The notes under the pieces: model-generated | Told to the model about the DNA's origin: nothing | What the model saw: the letters and a program-made list of their open reading frames with translations, nothing else | The model's database searches: none | Position numbers and translations under genes: made by a program | Shown here: in pieces, positions 1-10,245 of the stretch | Layout of the letters: every line of letters begins with the position of its first letter | Numbering within the stretch: the stretch's first letter is position 1 | NCBI GenBank assembly: GCA_965218795.1 | Contig: OZ244653.1 | Location: 32,001 to 96,000 of the forward strand | Length of the DNA stretch: 64,000 nucleotides | Source: a bacterium | GTDB lineage: Bacteria; UBA8248; JACPRG01; G963555815 | Reading direction: 5' to 3'

Positions 1-1
1 A

Positions 2-898
2 GGCGAACGATCGGCCCTGGGCACCGGCTGGCAGCGAATCGTCGGGATCTTTCTCAAGACCAACCTCTTTATCGGGGCCGGGTCTGCGTTGATGACTCTG
101 CTGGCCGTCCAGTTGCAGGGATTTCAGGCGTCGTTGTGGTATTACCTGGTTCCCGCCCTGTACGTCTTTGCGATGCACACGTTCAACTATTACAGCAATG
201 TGGAGTCGAGCCGCTACAACGATCCCTCCCGGGCCCGTTTTTATGAGCGGTTCGGCCGCTGGATGGCCGGGGGCGCGGCGGCCGCGTTGGTCGCGGCCTT
301 GTCTATCCTGGGGTTTCATTCCTGGCCGGCGTTCGCCATCCTGGTTCTGGCGAGCGTGATTGGATCCGTATACTGCCTCCACCTGGAACCGACCCGTTTC
401 AAACACCTGAACCTTTGGCTGGTCCCGGCCTCCAAGTGCATCATGGCCCCGGCGGCGTGGGTTCTTGTGACGGTGGTTCTCCCCCTCTTCGTCGCGCCCG
501 CGGGACCCTTGGCGACGTTCTCAGGCGGAACGCTGGTGGCCGTCCTCTACGTGGTGATGCTCCTCTTCTCCGTCGCGGCCATGGTGGACCTGCGTGACAT
601 CCAGGGGGACAGGATTGTCGGGAAGGAAACCCTCCCCACCCTCATCAGCACGTGGATGACCCGAAAGGCCATTCTCGCTGTCAGCGCGGCGACGGCCGTC
701 CTGCTGCTCGGCGCCACCTGGCTGGATGTGATTCCCCCTCTGGGATACGCGCTCTTGATTTCCCCGGTCTTCACGGCGTGGGTTCTGCATTACACCCACC
801 GGCGCAAAGTGATGAATCTTCTGGTCAGCCAGACCCTGAGTGAGAGTTGCGTCATGCTGCCCGGAATCATCTCGCTGGGATTTTACTTGCTGACGTAA
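2..898 (+). CDS. 5'-truncated membrane protein with UbiA-prenyltransferase-like domain
   Basis: Frame is open from base 2. Multiple TM helices and a DLRDIQGDRIVGKETLP Asp-rich motif typical of the UbiA family. Confidence 0.7.
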   Translation, partial: GERSALGTGWQRIVGIFLKTNLFIGAGSALMTLLAVQLQGFQASLWYYLVPALYVFAMHTFNYYSNVESSRYNDPSRARFYERFGRWMAGGAAAALVAALSILGFHSWPAFAILVLASVIGSVYCLHLEPTRFKHLNLWLVPASKCIMAPAAWVLVTVVLPLFVAPAGPLATFSGGTLVAVLYVVMLLFSVAAMVDLRDIQGDRIVGKETLPTLISTWMTRKAILAVSAATAVLLLGATWLDVIPPLGYALLISPVFTAWVLHYTHRRKVMNLLVSQTLSESCVMLPGIISLGFYLLT

Positions 899-1001
899 GG
901 GCGACCGGCGATCCCGCGCATGTGGTTCCGGTCTCCCGAAGGCCGCCGAAATGGGCGGCCGGATCGCAGTTTTATTGCGACGATCAACCGGGGATCGAAA
1001 T

Positions 1002-1883
1002 TTGCAGCTTCTTCGGACCTTGTTATTCGTTCCTGCAACCACCCCCGAGCGTTTCCCCAAAGCCCTGGGCTCCGGTGCGGATGCCGTGATCATCGATCTG
1101 GAAGACGCCGTTCCGCCGGGTCGGAAAAGCGAAGCCCGGCGCGCGGCAGTCGGATTCCTCGTGGGACGTCCCGAGGGCGGTCACCCGCCGGTTTTTGTTC
1201 GAATCAACGGAGCGGGAACTCCCTGGATGAACGATGACCTGGAAGCCGTCAGCCGTTTCGGATTGGCGGGAATCTTTCTCCCGAAGGCGGAGAAGCCGGA
1301 AGATGTTTCGGCGTTGGGGGAGCGTTGCGTTGCGCTTGCCGGGAAGGGCGGATTTTCACCCCCGGCCCTGGTGCCGATCGTCGAGACGGCGCGGGGCGTT
1401 CTGGATGCGTTCCCCATCGTTTCGGGCGTTCCCTCGTGCGCGGGCCTGGCCCTTGGAGGAGAGGATTTTGCCTGCGACGTCAGCGCGCTCCGGACCCCGG
1501 AAGGCCATGAGCTTTCTCTTGCCCGGATGCAAGTCGTCCTGGCTGCGCGGGCCGTTGGAGCTCTCCCAATCGATACGGTGTATACGGATTTCCGGGACGA
1601 AGCGGGTTTGATGCGCGATGCGGAGTGGGCGCGTCAATTGGGGTTCGCTGGAAAACTCGTCATCCACCCCCGCCAGGTGGGACCGGTCAATCGCGTGTTC
1701 TCCCCGAGTCCGGAAGAGGCTGAACAGGCCGGCGCCGTTGTGTCGGCTTTCGAAACGGCGCAGGGGAGAGGCGAAGCCGTGGCCAGCCTGGAGGGAAAGA
1801 TGTTGGACCCGGCCGTGGTCGATCGGGCCCGCCGTGTCGTTCGGCTGGCGAAGGCGGTCTCGCGGGTGGAGGCGGCTTCCTGA
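1002..1883 (+). CDS. CitE/HpcH-HpaI family CoA-ester lyase
   Basis: RTLLFVP, ADAVIIDLEDAVP, IVETARG, GGEDF and GKLVIHPRQ motifs. TTG start inferred. Confidence 0.9.
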   Translation: MQLLRTLLFVPATTPERFPKALGSGADAVIIDLEDAVPPGRKSEARRAAVGFLVGRPEGGHPPVFVRINGAGTPWMNDDLEAVSRFGLAGIFLPKAEKPEDVSALGERCVALAGKGGFSPPALVPIVETARGVLDAFPIVSGVPSCAGLALGGEDFACDVSALRTPEGHELSLARMQVVLAARAVGALPIDTVYTDFRDEAGLMRDAEWARQLGFAGKLVIHPRQVGPVNRVFSPSPEEAEQAGAVVSAFETAQGRGEAVASLEGKMLDPAVVDRARRVVRLAKAVSRVEAAS

Positions 1884-2788
1884 TGCGGGCCGCTGAATTC
1901 CCGGCGTTCGTATTGATCGTTGTTCTTTTCTCCGGGGTGGCGGGGCCGGCGGTGGTCGGGGCCCAAGGAAAGCCCGGCGTCATCGCCCCTCCCTTGGACA
2001 GTGGCCTCCTGCGGTATTCCCGAAAAATTGATCCAGCCCTGAAGAAGATTCTCGATAAGCGACGCCATGAGCTTATGGATATGGGCTGGCTGGAGTTCTG
2101 GGAGCGGGAGGAGGCCGTGTGGAAGCGCTTACGCCGGCTCATGAAACAGGGCGGAGAGATCGAACAGCGGCTGGTTCCACTCGAAAAGAAGAAAACCGAA
2201 CTGATTGGGAGCCTACGGAAGCTCTACCGCGAAGAACGCCCCCCATCCGATCGTATGGCGGCCCTTGTGCGGCTTCGCCGGCTTTCCTTGTCCATCCTGC
2301 CTCTGGCGGACAAACGGGCGAAGATATCGGGCGAAATGAAGTCTCTTTTTGATGAATGGCTGCTCTTTCAGAATTTGGCGCAGGAGCTCATCAAACGCGA
2401 GTCTGGCCGGGTCCAGGCTGATTTCGCCTCCTCGGTGGTCGACAGCTACGTGGGGGCTTTTCGAAATGGAAATGTCAAGGCAATTCGAGGGCTTCTGTTT
2501 CGGGGGATTAAAGTCAACGGCCGATTCGATCGCCGATCCTACATGGGTCGCCTAGAGGCGTATTTCAAGCGTGTCAAAGTGACCGCCTATGAAGTCGAAA
2601 ACAAGGATTTTCGCGAGGTCAATCCCTTCACGGTTCGTGTGGATGGGAAATACAAGATGGATGAATCCGAAATCGGCCAGGATACCGGGAAATCGCCCCG
2701 AAGCCGGACCCGGCAGGGGAACATATCATTCACCCTCAGGGAAGTGCGGGGAAGGTGGCTGATTGCAGAGATGGACGTTCCCGACTGA
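1883..2788 (+). CDS. Exported hypothetical protein; coiled-coil plus C-terminal NTF2/SnoaL-like domain
   Basis: Signal-like N-terminus, TGATG coupling to the lyase gene, C-terminus FTLREVRGRWLIAEMD. Confidence 0.6.
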   Translation: MRAAEFPAFVLIVVLFSGVAGPAVVGAQGKPGVIAPPLDSGLLRYSRKIDPALKKILDKRRHELMDMGWLEFWEREEAVWKRLRRLMKQGGEIEQRLVPLEKKKTELIGSLRKLYREERPPSDRMAALVRLRRLSLSILPLADKRAKISGEMKSLFDEWLLFQNLAQELIKRESGRVQADFASSVVDSYVGAFRNGNVKAIRGLLFRGIKVNGRFDRRSYMGRLEAYFKRVKVTAYEVENKDFREVNPFTVRVDGKYKMDESEIGQDTGKSPRSRTRQGNISFTLREVRGRWLIAEMDVPD

Positions 2789-2827
2789 GCCGCCATTCCA
2801 AGGCTCTCCCCCTTCACCAAGGGACGT

Positions 2828-3553
2828 CTAGACGTATTCCCACCCGCCGCTCTTTCGCCTCTTGCGACGCCCGATGTCGGTCATCTCTTCCGCAGTCACC
2901 CCGTCGAATACCGGGCCGTCCGTGCAGACGCGGTATCCGTTGCACGTGCATTGACCACATAAACCGATGGCGCACTTCATATACCGCTCCAGGGAATAAA
3001 AGGATTGCTCGGCCGGAAGAAGGGACTTGAGGGCGGCCATCATTTTGTCCGGTCCGCAGACGCAGTAATACTTCCCCTCCTGGGGCAGCAGGTCGGTGAT
3101 CAACCCCTGGGTCCCCAGCGAGCCGTCTTCCGTCGCCACTCGGACGGTGCCGGACTTCTCGAATTCGTCCAGGTAGATGATGTCCTGTGCCGTTCGCCCC
3201 CCCAGGAGGATCGTCGGGTTCTGTGTCCGCTTGGCCAGGACGAGCAGCGCGGCGATTCCGACTCCGCCGCCGAGGAGGACCGGCCCGGCGTCGACGGGAA
3301 AGCTCGTGCCATATGGACCCCGGACCCAGATGGAATCGCCCGGGTTCAGAGCGAGCAGACGCTCGCTGTACCAACCCAGATCCTTTACGGTGATGGCATT
3401 GTCGTACGAAAGAGAAAATGGCTTCTCGCTCTCCCCCGGAACCCACGCCATGACGAATTGTCCCGGCTGGACATCGAACGCGTAGTCGAGGAAGAGTGTG
3501 TGGTTGTTGCCTCCGTCGTTTCTGTTCTGCGTGATTTTGCAGTGAATGTGCAT
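2828..3553 (-). CDS. pyrK: Dihydroorotate dehydrogenase electron-transfer subunit
   Basis: PGQFVM, RGPYG, GGGVGIA, CGP and MKCAIGLCGQC...VCTDGPVF 2Fe-2S motif. Confidence 0.92.
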   Translation of the reverse strand: MHIHCKITQNRNDGGNNHTLFLDYAFDVQPGQFVMAWVPGESEKPFSLSYDNAITVKDLGWYSERLLALNPGDSIWVRGPYGTSFPVDAGPVLLGGGVGIAALLVLAKRTQNPTILLGGRTAQDIIYLDEFEKSGTVRVATEDGSLGTQGLITDLLPQEGKYYCVCGPDKMMAALKSLLPAEQSFYSLERYMKCAIGLCGQCTCNGYRVCTDGPVFDGVTAEEMTDIGRRKRRKSGGWEYV

Positions 3554-3564
3554 AGCGTCGCTTT

Positions 3565-4500
3565 CTAAGGTGCCTTGCCGCTCAGATCAAAGACAGTCCG
3601 GTGTGCGGCGCCGATGACGGACTCGAGCAATTCGTCCTTCAGGTAATCCTTCACGCCGGACCAAAGCGCGCCCGTATCCCGGACGATGTCGGACGTGCTG
3701 CGATGGGCAAAGAACGTCCCAAGCCCGATGACGCAGGCCCCCGCCAACAGGTACTCCACCGCGTCTTCCCAGGTCATGATCCCGCCATAGGCCACAATGG
3801 GACATCCGAGTGCCGCGTAGATGTCGTAGACCATTTTGAGGTTGACGGGTTTCAGGGCGGGTCCGGAGATGCCGCCGGTCCTTCCCGCCAGGACGGGCGC
3901 GCGCGCATGAATGTCGATGGCGATGGCGGGAAGGGTGTTCCCGCAGCCGAGGGCGTCGGCGCCCGCATCGATGCAGGCCCGGCCTACATCGACGTATTTC
4001 GTGTCGGGCGAGAGCTTGGCGATGACCGGCTTGCCGGTGGCCGACTTCGCCGCGCGGACGACGCGGGCGGCGGCTTCCGGGTGACGTCCGACGATCGCCA
4101 TGACGCTTTCCTCGCCGGGCACGAGGTTCGGGCAGCTCAGGTTCAACTCATAGCCGTCCGCAAAAGGGTCTGCCATTTCGATGATTTTTTCGACGCCTTC
4201 GGGACTCACCCCGTTGACCGAAACGATGAGCTTGGATCGCGCGAGGCGGGTTTCCCGGAGCTCATCGAGCCATTCTTCGGGCGTTTGGGAGGGAAGCGCC
4301 AGGGAATTGAGGGTAGGACGGTCGTCGGAGGCGGCTTCTACAATGATTGGATTTTCGTTCCCCAGTCTCTCACGGGGGCCGATGGATTTTGTGATATAGC
4401 CGCCAATGGCGGCGCCTTTGCGGTCCAGCAGTTGGAAGATATCAAGAAAGCTGAGGATTCCGCTTGCGTTGACGATGGGTGGATCGAGATCCAGAAACAT
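3565..4500 (-). CDS. pyrD: Dihydroorotate dehydrogenase, family 1B catalytic subunit
   Basis: NASG, ITKS, ELNLSCPN, AKLSP, GGISGPALKP; adjacent to pyrK. Confidence 0.9.
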   Translation of the reverse strand: MFLDLDPPIVNASGILSFLDIFQLLDRKGAAIGGYITKSIGPRERLGNENPIIVEAASDDRPTLNSLALPSQTPEEWLDELRETRLARSKLIVSVNGVSPEGVEKIIEMADPFADGYELNLSCPNLVPGEESVMAIVGRHPEAAARVVRAAKSATGKPVIAKLSPDTKYVDVGRACIDAGADALGCGNTLPAIAIDIHARAPVLAGRTGGISGPALKPVNLKMVYDIYAALGCPIVAYGGIMTWEDAVEYLLAGACVIGLGTFFAHRSTSDIVRDTGALWSGVKDYLKDELLESVIGAAHRTVFDLSGKAP

Positions 4501-4713
4501 GGGCGCCTCGCTATGGGCGCAGGGGAGGCACTGAGGCTTGGGGTTATCGATTGATCCGGATTTATATCACGGATTGTGTCCGGTGGGATAGGAGGCGGCC
4601 AACATTCAGCCGGAGGGAGATGCGAGGGCTGGCTTCTTGCAATTCTCCGGTGGGCATATAATATTTTTGGGTGGTGTAAAAAGAGACCCCGCATTCGGAG
4701 CAGAGGGACCCGG

Positions 4714-5520
4714 ATGAGTTCTTTGTTCCTCCTGAAGACGATTCTTCTCTCTGTCGCCTTGATAGGTTACTTCGCCGGCGCGCTGGGGCACATCTATTAC
4801 TTCCTCTCCCACCGAAGCCGCATTCTGTGGATGGCCGCCGTGGGCGTAGCCGTCGGCTTCGCCGCACACACCGCAGCCCTAATCACCCGTTTTGTGGACC
4901 TCGGTACGATCCCCGTCACCCAACTGTTTGATTTCCTCATGGTGTTTGCTTGGGCCGCGGCCTTTGCATACGGAATCGCCCAACTTCGCCTGAAAATGGC
5001 CCATCTGGGTCTGTTCGTCGTCCCGGTGATATTTCTCGTGCTGGCGGCCGCATTTCTTCAGCCCAAGACAGGGGTGGAGGCGGTGCCTCCTTTCGACAGC
5101 GTTTGGCTGACCATTCACATCGTTATGGCATTTTTGGGCGCGGCGGCGTTCGTGGTGCTCTTCAGCATGGGCATCATGTACATGATTCAAGAGCGGCAGG
5201 TCAAAAGGAAGCAGTTTGGAGCGTGGTTCTACAGGCTGCCTTCTCTGGATGTCCTGGATGGGGGCAGTTTTTGGGCACTGGTGCTCGGGTTCCCGATGCT
5301 GACCCTCGGATTGGTCTCGGGGTCGGTCTGGGCGGCCTATGTCCGCGGGTCCTACTGGAGCTGGAATTTCGAGCGTACCCTGCCCCTCGTCGTCATCTGG
5401 GGAGCTTACGGGCTCCTGCTGGTGGGACGGTTGGCCGCCGGGTGGCGGGGGCGCAAGGCCGCAATCTGTTCGGTCATCGGGTTCGTGGGCGTATTGATCG
5501 CCTACCTCCTGCACTTGTGA
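4714..5520 (+). CDS. ccsA: Cytochrome c assembly CcsA/HemX-type membrane protein
   Basis: Multi-TM protein with WLTIHI, LPSLDVLD and GSVWA...W...GWRGRK motifs; directly upstream of hemA. Confidence 0.85.
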   Translation: MSSLFLLKTILLSVALIGYFAGALGHIYYFLSHRSRILWMAAVGVAVGFAAHTAALITRFVDLGTIPVTQLFDFLMVFAWAAAFAYGIAQLRLKMAHLGLFVVPVIFLVLAAAFLQPKTGVEAVPPFDSVWLTIHIVMAFLGAAAFVVLFSMGIMYMIQERQVKRKQFGAWFYRLPSLDVLDGGSFWALVLGFPMLTLGLVSGSVWAAYVRGSYWSWNFERTLPLVVIWGAYGLLLVGRLAAGWRGRKAAICSVIGFVGVLIAYLLHL

Positions 5521-5528
5521 GGAACAGC

Positions 5529-6794
5529 GTGGAGCTGCTCGTCACCGGGATCAGTCATAAGCGAACCCCCCTGGAGATCCGCGAACGGCTCTATTTCGAC
5601 GAGAGTGACCTCAGGACGCCCATCCTGGAGTTGTTCGCCCGAAGTCCGATCGAAGAGGCTGTCCTGCTCTCCACCTGCAACCGGATCGAGGTCTACGCGC
5701 GCGCGGAGGAATTCGAACCGGCATGTCAATCGATCCAGGAGTTTTTCGGCCAGTATCACGAGGTCCCGCAATCGGTCTTGAAAGAACACTGCTACGCCAT
5801 GAAGCTCAAGGAGACCGTCCGTCATGCCTTCCGCGTGGCATCCTCCCTGGATTCGATGGTGGTGGGGGAGCCCCAGATATTGGGTCAGGTCAAAGCCGCC
5901 TACCGAACTGCGCTGGAGGCGGGCTGCACGGGGGTTTACCTGAACCAGTTGTTCGAGAAAGGATTCGCTGTCGCCAAGCGGGTCCGCACGGAGACGGACA
6001 TCGGTGAGAATGCCGTGTCGGTTAGCTACGCGGCGGTCGAGCTGGCCCGGAAGATTTTCGGAACACTGAGGGATCAGCGGGTCATGCTGGTGGGGGCCGG
6101 AGAGATGGCCGAGCTCGCCGCGCAACATCTCGTTCAACTTGGAGTGAGGAGCGTCCAGGTCGCCAATCGTTCTGATGACAGGGCCGTCGATCTGGCCGCC
6201 CGATTTGGCGGTCAGGCGATTGAATTCAACCATCTGGAGGCGGAATTGGTAGGCTCGGATATCGTCTTGTGTTCGACTGGCGCGCCCCACCCCATCATCC
6301 ACCGGGAGGCGGTCCAGCGGCTGATGCGTCACCGTCGCAACCGGCCTATGTTCTTTATCGATATCGCTATTCCGCGCGATGTAGCGCCCGAGGTTCAAGA
6401 CATCGATAACGCATTTGTCTATGACATCGATGACCTGGAGCACGTGGTCACCGCGAATATCCAGGAACGGGAGCGGGAGGCCGTGCGGGCCGAGAGCTTG
6501 ATCGAGGAGGAATGCCTGGCGTTCCTGCGCTGGATGGAAACCCTGGAGGCCGTTCCGACGATTGTGTCACTCCGGGAGCAGGCCGAGGCCGTCCGGCGGA
6601 AAGAGCTGGAAGAGCTTCGCTCGAAGTTGAGAACGCTCAGCCCGGAAGAGGAAGAGGCCGTGAACGCCTTGACGACCGCCCTGGTCAACAAGATCCTTCA
6701 CGCGCCCATCACAGAGCTCAAGCGCCGCGCTGCAAGCGAAGATGCCCCGGCCTATCTTCGCGTAGCGCGGAGTCTGTTTGGTCTGGATGAATAG
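5529..6794 (+). CDS. hemA: Glutamyl-tRNA reductase
   Basis: LSTCNRIEVY, SLDSMVVGEPQILGQVK, GAGEM, DIAIPRDV. Confidence 0.97.
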   Translation: MELLVTGISHKRTPLEIRERLYFDESDLRTPILELFARSPIEEAVLLSTCNRIEVYARAEEFEPACQSIQEFFGQYHEVPQSVLKEHCYAMKLKETVRHAFRVASSLDSMVVGEPQILGQVKAAYRTALEAGCTGVYLNQLFEKGFAVAKRVRTETDIGENAVSVSYAAVELARKIFGTLRDQRVMLVGAGEMAELAAQHLVQLGVRSVQVANRSDDRAVDLAARFGGQAIEFNHLEAELVGSDIVLCSTGAPHPIIHREAVQRLMRHRRNRPMFFIDIAIPRDVAPEVQDIDNAFVYDIDDLEHVVTANIQEREREAVRAESLIEEECLAFLRWMETLEAVPTIVSLREQAEAVRRKELEELRSKLRTLSPEEEEAVNALTTALVNKILHAPITELKRRAASEDAPAYLRVARSLFGLDE

Positions 6795-7776
6795 CCCGAT
6801 TTCCGGGGACGCCCCCGAATCCCGCGCGCCGCCAACCTTCAGCGGCTCGTCCCGGACGCTCCGTGTGGGAACTCGCGGCAGCATGTTGGCCCTGCGCCAA
6901 GCCGAATCCGTCCGGGATGCCCTGAAGGCGCTTGGCGTGAACGCCGAAATCGTCGAAATTCGGACAGAAGGGGATCGGATCCTCGACCGCCCACTTCCGG
7001 CCATCGGAGGAAAGGGGGTCTTCACCAAGGAAATTGAAGACGCGTTGCTGGAGGGTCGGATTGATCTGGCGGTCCACAGCCTGAAGGATTTGCCGACCGA
7101 GCTGCCGCAGGGACTGTCCATCGGGGCCGTTACGGTCCGCGAGAATCCCCGGGATGTTTTCATCGGCAGGATCGGCGCGCCGACATTGTCCGACCTCTCC
7201 CAGGGGGCGCGGGTGGGGACCGGAAGCCTTCGCCGAAAGGCCCAGCTTCGAGCCTTTCGGCCCGATCTGGAGATGGTGGATATCCGGGGAAATCTGGATA
7301 CCCGGCTGAGGAAGCTGGAGGAGGGCCAGGTCGACGGCATCGTCCTGGCGGCGGCGGGTTTTCTTCGGCTGGGGTGGACGGAACGGATATCCCAGTACCT
7401 GCCGCCGGAAGTCTGCTTGCCGGCTGTGGGGCAAGGGGCGCTCGCCTTGGAGGCACGAGAGGGCGACCCGGAAAACGGGGTGTGGGCTGCGGGATTGGAT
7501 CACCCGGAAACCCGGCGGGCCGTTGAAGCCGAGCGCGCGTTGCTGAGGCGACTGGAGGGCGGATGCCAGGTTCCCATCGGTGCGTTGGCCGAAGTCGCGA
7601 ACGGTGAGATTTGCCTGAAAGGGGTCATCGCGTCCCTGGACGGCCGCTCGTTGGTACGGGGTGAACAGCGCGGAGCCGATCCGGAAAAAGTCGGGATGGG
7701 GCTGGCCGAGGACCTTCTCGAGCGCGGGGGAGAGGGACTCCTCGAAGAGATTCGTTCGACGGAAGGTCTCCACTAG
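6787..7776 (+). CDS. hemC: Hydroxymethylbilane synthase
   Basis: GTRGSMLA, GKGVFTKEIE, AVHSLKDLP, RGNLDTRL, LEGGCQVPIG. Confidence 0.97.
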   Translation: MNSPISGDAPESRAPPTFSGSSRTLRVGTRGSMLALRQAESVRDALKALGVNAEIVEIRTEGDRILDRPLPAIGGKGVFTKEIEDALLEGRIDLAVHSLKDLPTELPQGLSIGAVTVRENPRDVFIGRIGAPTLSDLSQGARVGTGSLRRKAQLRAFRPDLEMVDIRGNLDTRLRKLEEGQVDGIVLAAAGFLRLGWTERISQYLPPEVCLPAVGQGALALEAREGDPENGVWAAGLDHPETRRAVEAERALLRRLEGGCQVPIGALAEVANGEICLKGVIASLDGRSLVRGEQRGADPEKVGMGLAEDLLERGGEGLLEEIRSTEGLH

Positions 7777-7823
7777 CGCCGGGTGTGCCGCTTGAGTGCG
7801 TCAAGGGGCTGGAGAGGACTCGG

Positions 7824-8597
7824 ATGTCCATCAGCGGGACGCGAATCGTTATCACACGAGCCAAGGAACAGGCGGGAGAGTTCTCCGAGCGGCTTCGGGC
7901 CGAAGGGGCCGAAGTGATCGAATTTCCGACCATTTCCATTCGGCCGCCTGAAAGCTACGCAGCCCTGGACGAGGCGTTTCTCCGTTTGCCGGATTATGAT
8001 TGGGTCATCTTCACGAGCGTCAACGGCGTAAAGGCGTTTTTCGAGAGGTTGGAGGCTCAGGGGGAGGATGCCTCAGCCCTGGCGAACCTGAAGATTTGCG
8101 CCATCGGTCCGGCAACGGCGAAGGTTTTGGGGGACCGGGGGTTTGACGCAGACCTGATTCCCGAAAAATTTCAAGCCGAGGGGATCCTGGAGACTTGGCG
8201 CGGTATTTCGCTGCGGGGCCTGCGCATCCTTCTTCCACGCGCGGCTGTCGCCCGAGAGGTATTGCCCGATGAACTGCGGAAAGCGGGCGCGGGGGTCGAC
8301 GTCGTCCCCGCCTATCGAACCGTTCCCTCGGATGGAGAGGAGACTGTTCGCGAGCACATCCTCTCGGGCGCGATCGATGTGGTGACCTTTACCAGCCCAT
8401 CGACGGTCGAGAACTTTTGCGGCATGTTTTCCGAGGCCGAGCGTTCCCGGTTTGACGGGTTGTTCGACATCGCCGTCATCGGCCCGATCACGCGCGACCG
8501 GGCGGAGTCATTCGGCCTGAAGGTGGCGATTGAGGCCGACCCATTTACCATCCCCGCCCTGACGAATGCCATCGTCCAACACTTCACCGCCGCATAG
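7824..8597 (+). CDS. hemD: Uroporphyrinogen-III synthase
   Basis: VITRAKEQ, FTSVNGV, AIGPAT, FTSPSTV. Confidence 0.93.
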   Translation: MSISGTRIVITRAKEQAGEFSERLRAEGAEVIEFPTISIRPPESYAALDEAFLRLPDYDWVIFTSVNGVKAFFERLEAQGEDASALANLKICAIGPATAKVLGDRGFDADLIPEKFQAEGILETWRGISLRGLRILLPRAAVAREVLPDELRKAGAGVDVVPAYRTVPSDGEETVREHILSGAIDVVTFTSPSTVENFCGMFSEAERSRFDGLFDIAVIGPITRDRAESFGLKVAIEADPFTIPALTNAIVQHFTAA

Positions 8598-8724
8598 CGG
8601 ACTCTCCCCTCCCAGGAGGGCCCCTGATTAGGGGTTGCCCACAGGGCGCTGCGGGCGGGTTGTGCGAACCAAATTTTGCGAAGTATCATCGGGATGTTAG
8701 AAAAGACTGTGAGAAAGGCGCAGC

Positions 8725-9420
8725 ATGTTCGTCTATTTGATCAGGCACGGTGAGACCCACTGGAACGTCGAGCAGCGCATCCTGGGCGCAACGGACATCG
8801 GGCTGACCGAAACCGGCCGGCTCCAGGCCCGGGCGCTTCGGGAAGCGTTCAGCGACCGGCCGATCCATGCCGTTTATTCGAGCGATCTGAGCCGGGCCTA
8901 CCAGACGGCCGAAATTCTGGCTGCGCCTCATCATCTGGAAGTTCGAACGCATACGGGTCTCCGGGAGATGAATCAGGGTGAGCTCGAGGGAATGACCTTC
9001 GAAGAACTCCGTGATCAACGCCCGGAATTTCTCGAATCCTGGCGGCAGGACCCGAGCACGGTCGTCATCCCGGGAGGCGAATCGCTCATCCAGCTTCAAG
9101 AGAGGGCCTGGAGCGCCCTCAAGGAAGTGGTCGAGTCCCATCCGGGCGACACTATCGCTCTGGTCAGCCACAACTTGGCGATCGTAGCCGCCCTGTGCCG
9201 GTTGCTCGGCCTGTCTTTGAGTCGGTTTCGTCAGCTTCGTCAGGGATATACCGGCGTGAGCCTTCTGGAATACGGAAAGCTGGGCTGGGCGGTCCACTCC
9301 ATGAATGTCATGACGCACCTTCACGGCGTCGATGGATATCTGGACCCCACGCTGCGAGCCTTATCTCATTTTTATCGAGAGGGGGAGCCCAGATGGTCGC
9401 CTGACGGGGGTTCGACGTAA
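8725..9420 (+). CDS. Histidine phosphatase family protein
   Basis: RHGETHWN, SSDLSRAYQTA, GGES, VSH. Confidence 0.9.
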   Translation: MFVYLIRHGETHWNVEQRILGATDIGLTETGRLQARALREAFSDRPIHAVYSSDLSRAYQTAEILAAPHHLEVRTHTGLREMNQGELEGMTFEELRDQRPEFLESWRQDPSTVVIPGGESLIQLQERAWSALKEVVESHPGDTIALVSHNLAIVAALCRLLGLSLSRFRQLRQGYTGVSLLEYGKLGWAVHSMNVMTHLHGVDGYLDPTLRALSHFYREGEPRWSPDGGST

Positions 9421-9474
9421 GGCGGGTGGTCGTTCTTCTGCTCGAATTGACGAGCCATCGCAGATAATTTCTTC

Positions 9475-10245
9475 ATGTCCATCTTGGATCATTTCAGTTT
9501 GGCGGGCCGGAAGGCCGTCGTGACGGGAGCCAGCAGCGGGATCGGCCGGGCCATCGCCGTCGGCCTTGCGGACGCGGGTGCGGATATCGTGGCTGCCGGA
9601 AGAGACCGCGATAGGCTCAGCGAGGTGGCCGAAGAAATTGGTTCGCTGGGCCGGCAGTGCCTCGTGGCCACAGTCGACGTGGGAGATGAGTCCTCCGTTC
9701 AGGCCTTCCAGCAAGAGGTGGAAAAGGCGTTCGGCGGGATTCACATTCTTGTGAACAGCGCGGGCGTGACCATCCGGAAAGCGATTGTCGAGTTGGCGTT
9801 GAGTGAGTGGGAGGAGGTTATCCGCACGAACCTGACCGGATGTTTTCTCACGGCGAAAACCTTTGGACCGATGTTGATCCGTCAAGGCGGGGGGAGGCTG
9901 ATCAACCTTTCGTCCATTCGGATCAACGTGTCCTCCCCTGGTTTGAGCGCCTACGCGAGCTCCAAGGGTGGGCTGGTCCCCTTGACCAAGACGCTGGCCC
10001 TGGAGTGGGTGGAGCATGGCGTGACGGCCAACGTCATCGCTCCCGGGTATGTCGATACCCCTTTGGTGGAATATGTGAAAGGACTTCCCGAGGCGTATGC
10101 TGATACGTTGCGGCCCATTCCGATGGGTCGTTGGGGAAAGCCCGAAGAAGTCGCTAGGGTGGCTGTGTTCTTGGCCTCGGAGGCCTCGGCCTATATCACG
10201 GGACAGGTCATCGTCGTGGATGGCGGACGCTTGGCCTGGTCTTGA
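9475..10245 (+). CDS. SDR family oxidoreductase
   Basis: TGASSGIG, NSAG, YASSK, IAPG. Confidence 0.93.
   Translation: MSILDHFSLAGRKAVVTGASSGIGRAIAVGLADAGADIVAAGRDRDRLSEVAEEIGSLGRQCLVATVDVGDESSVQAFQQEVEKAFGGIHILVNSAGVTIRKAIVELALSEWEEVIRTNLTGCFLTAKTFGPMLIRQGGGRLINLSSIRINVSSPGLSAYASSKGGLVPLTKTLALEWVEHGVTANVIAPGYVDTPLVEYVKGLPEAYADTLRPIPMGRWGKPEEVARVAVFLASEASAYITGQVIVVDGGRLAWS

Noticed and set aside
4950-5528. Apparent long N-terminal extensions on hemA (also livM, uvrD, trkA, apbE)
   Set aside because: They overlap upstream genes or leaders; homology and RBS begin at later starts.
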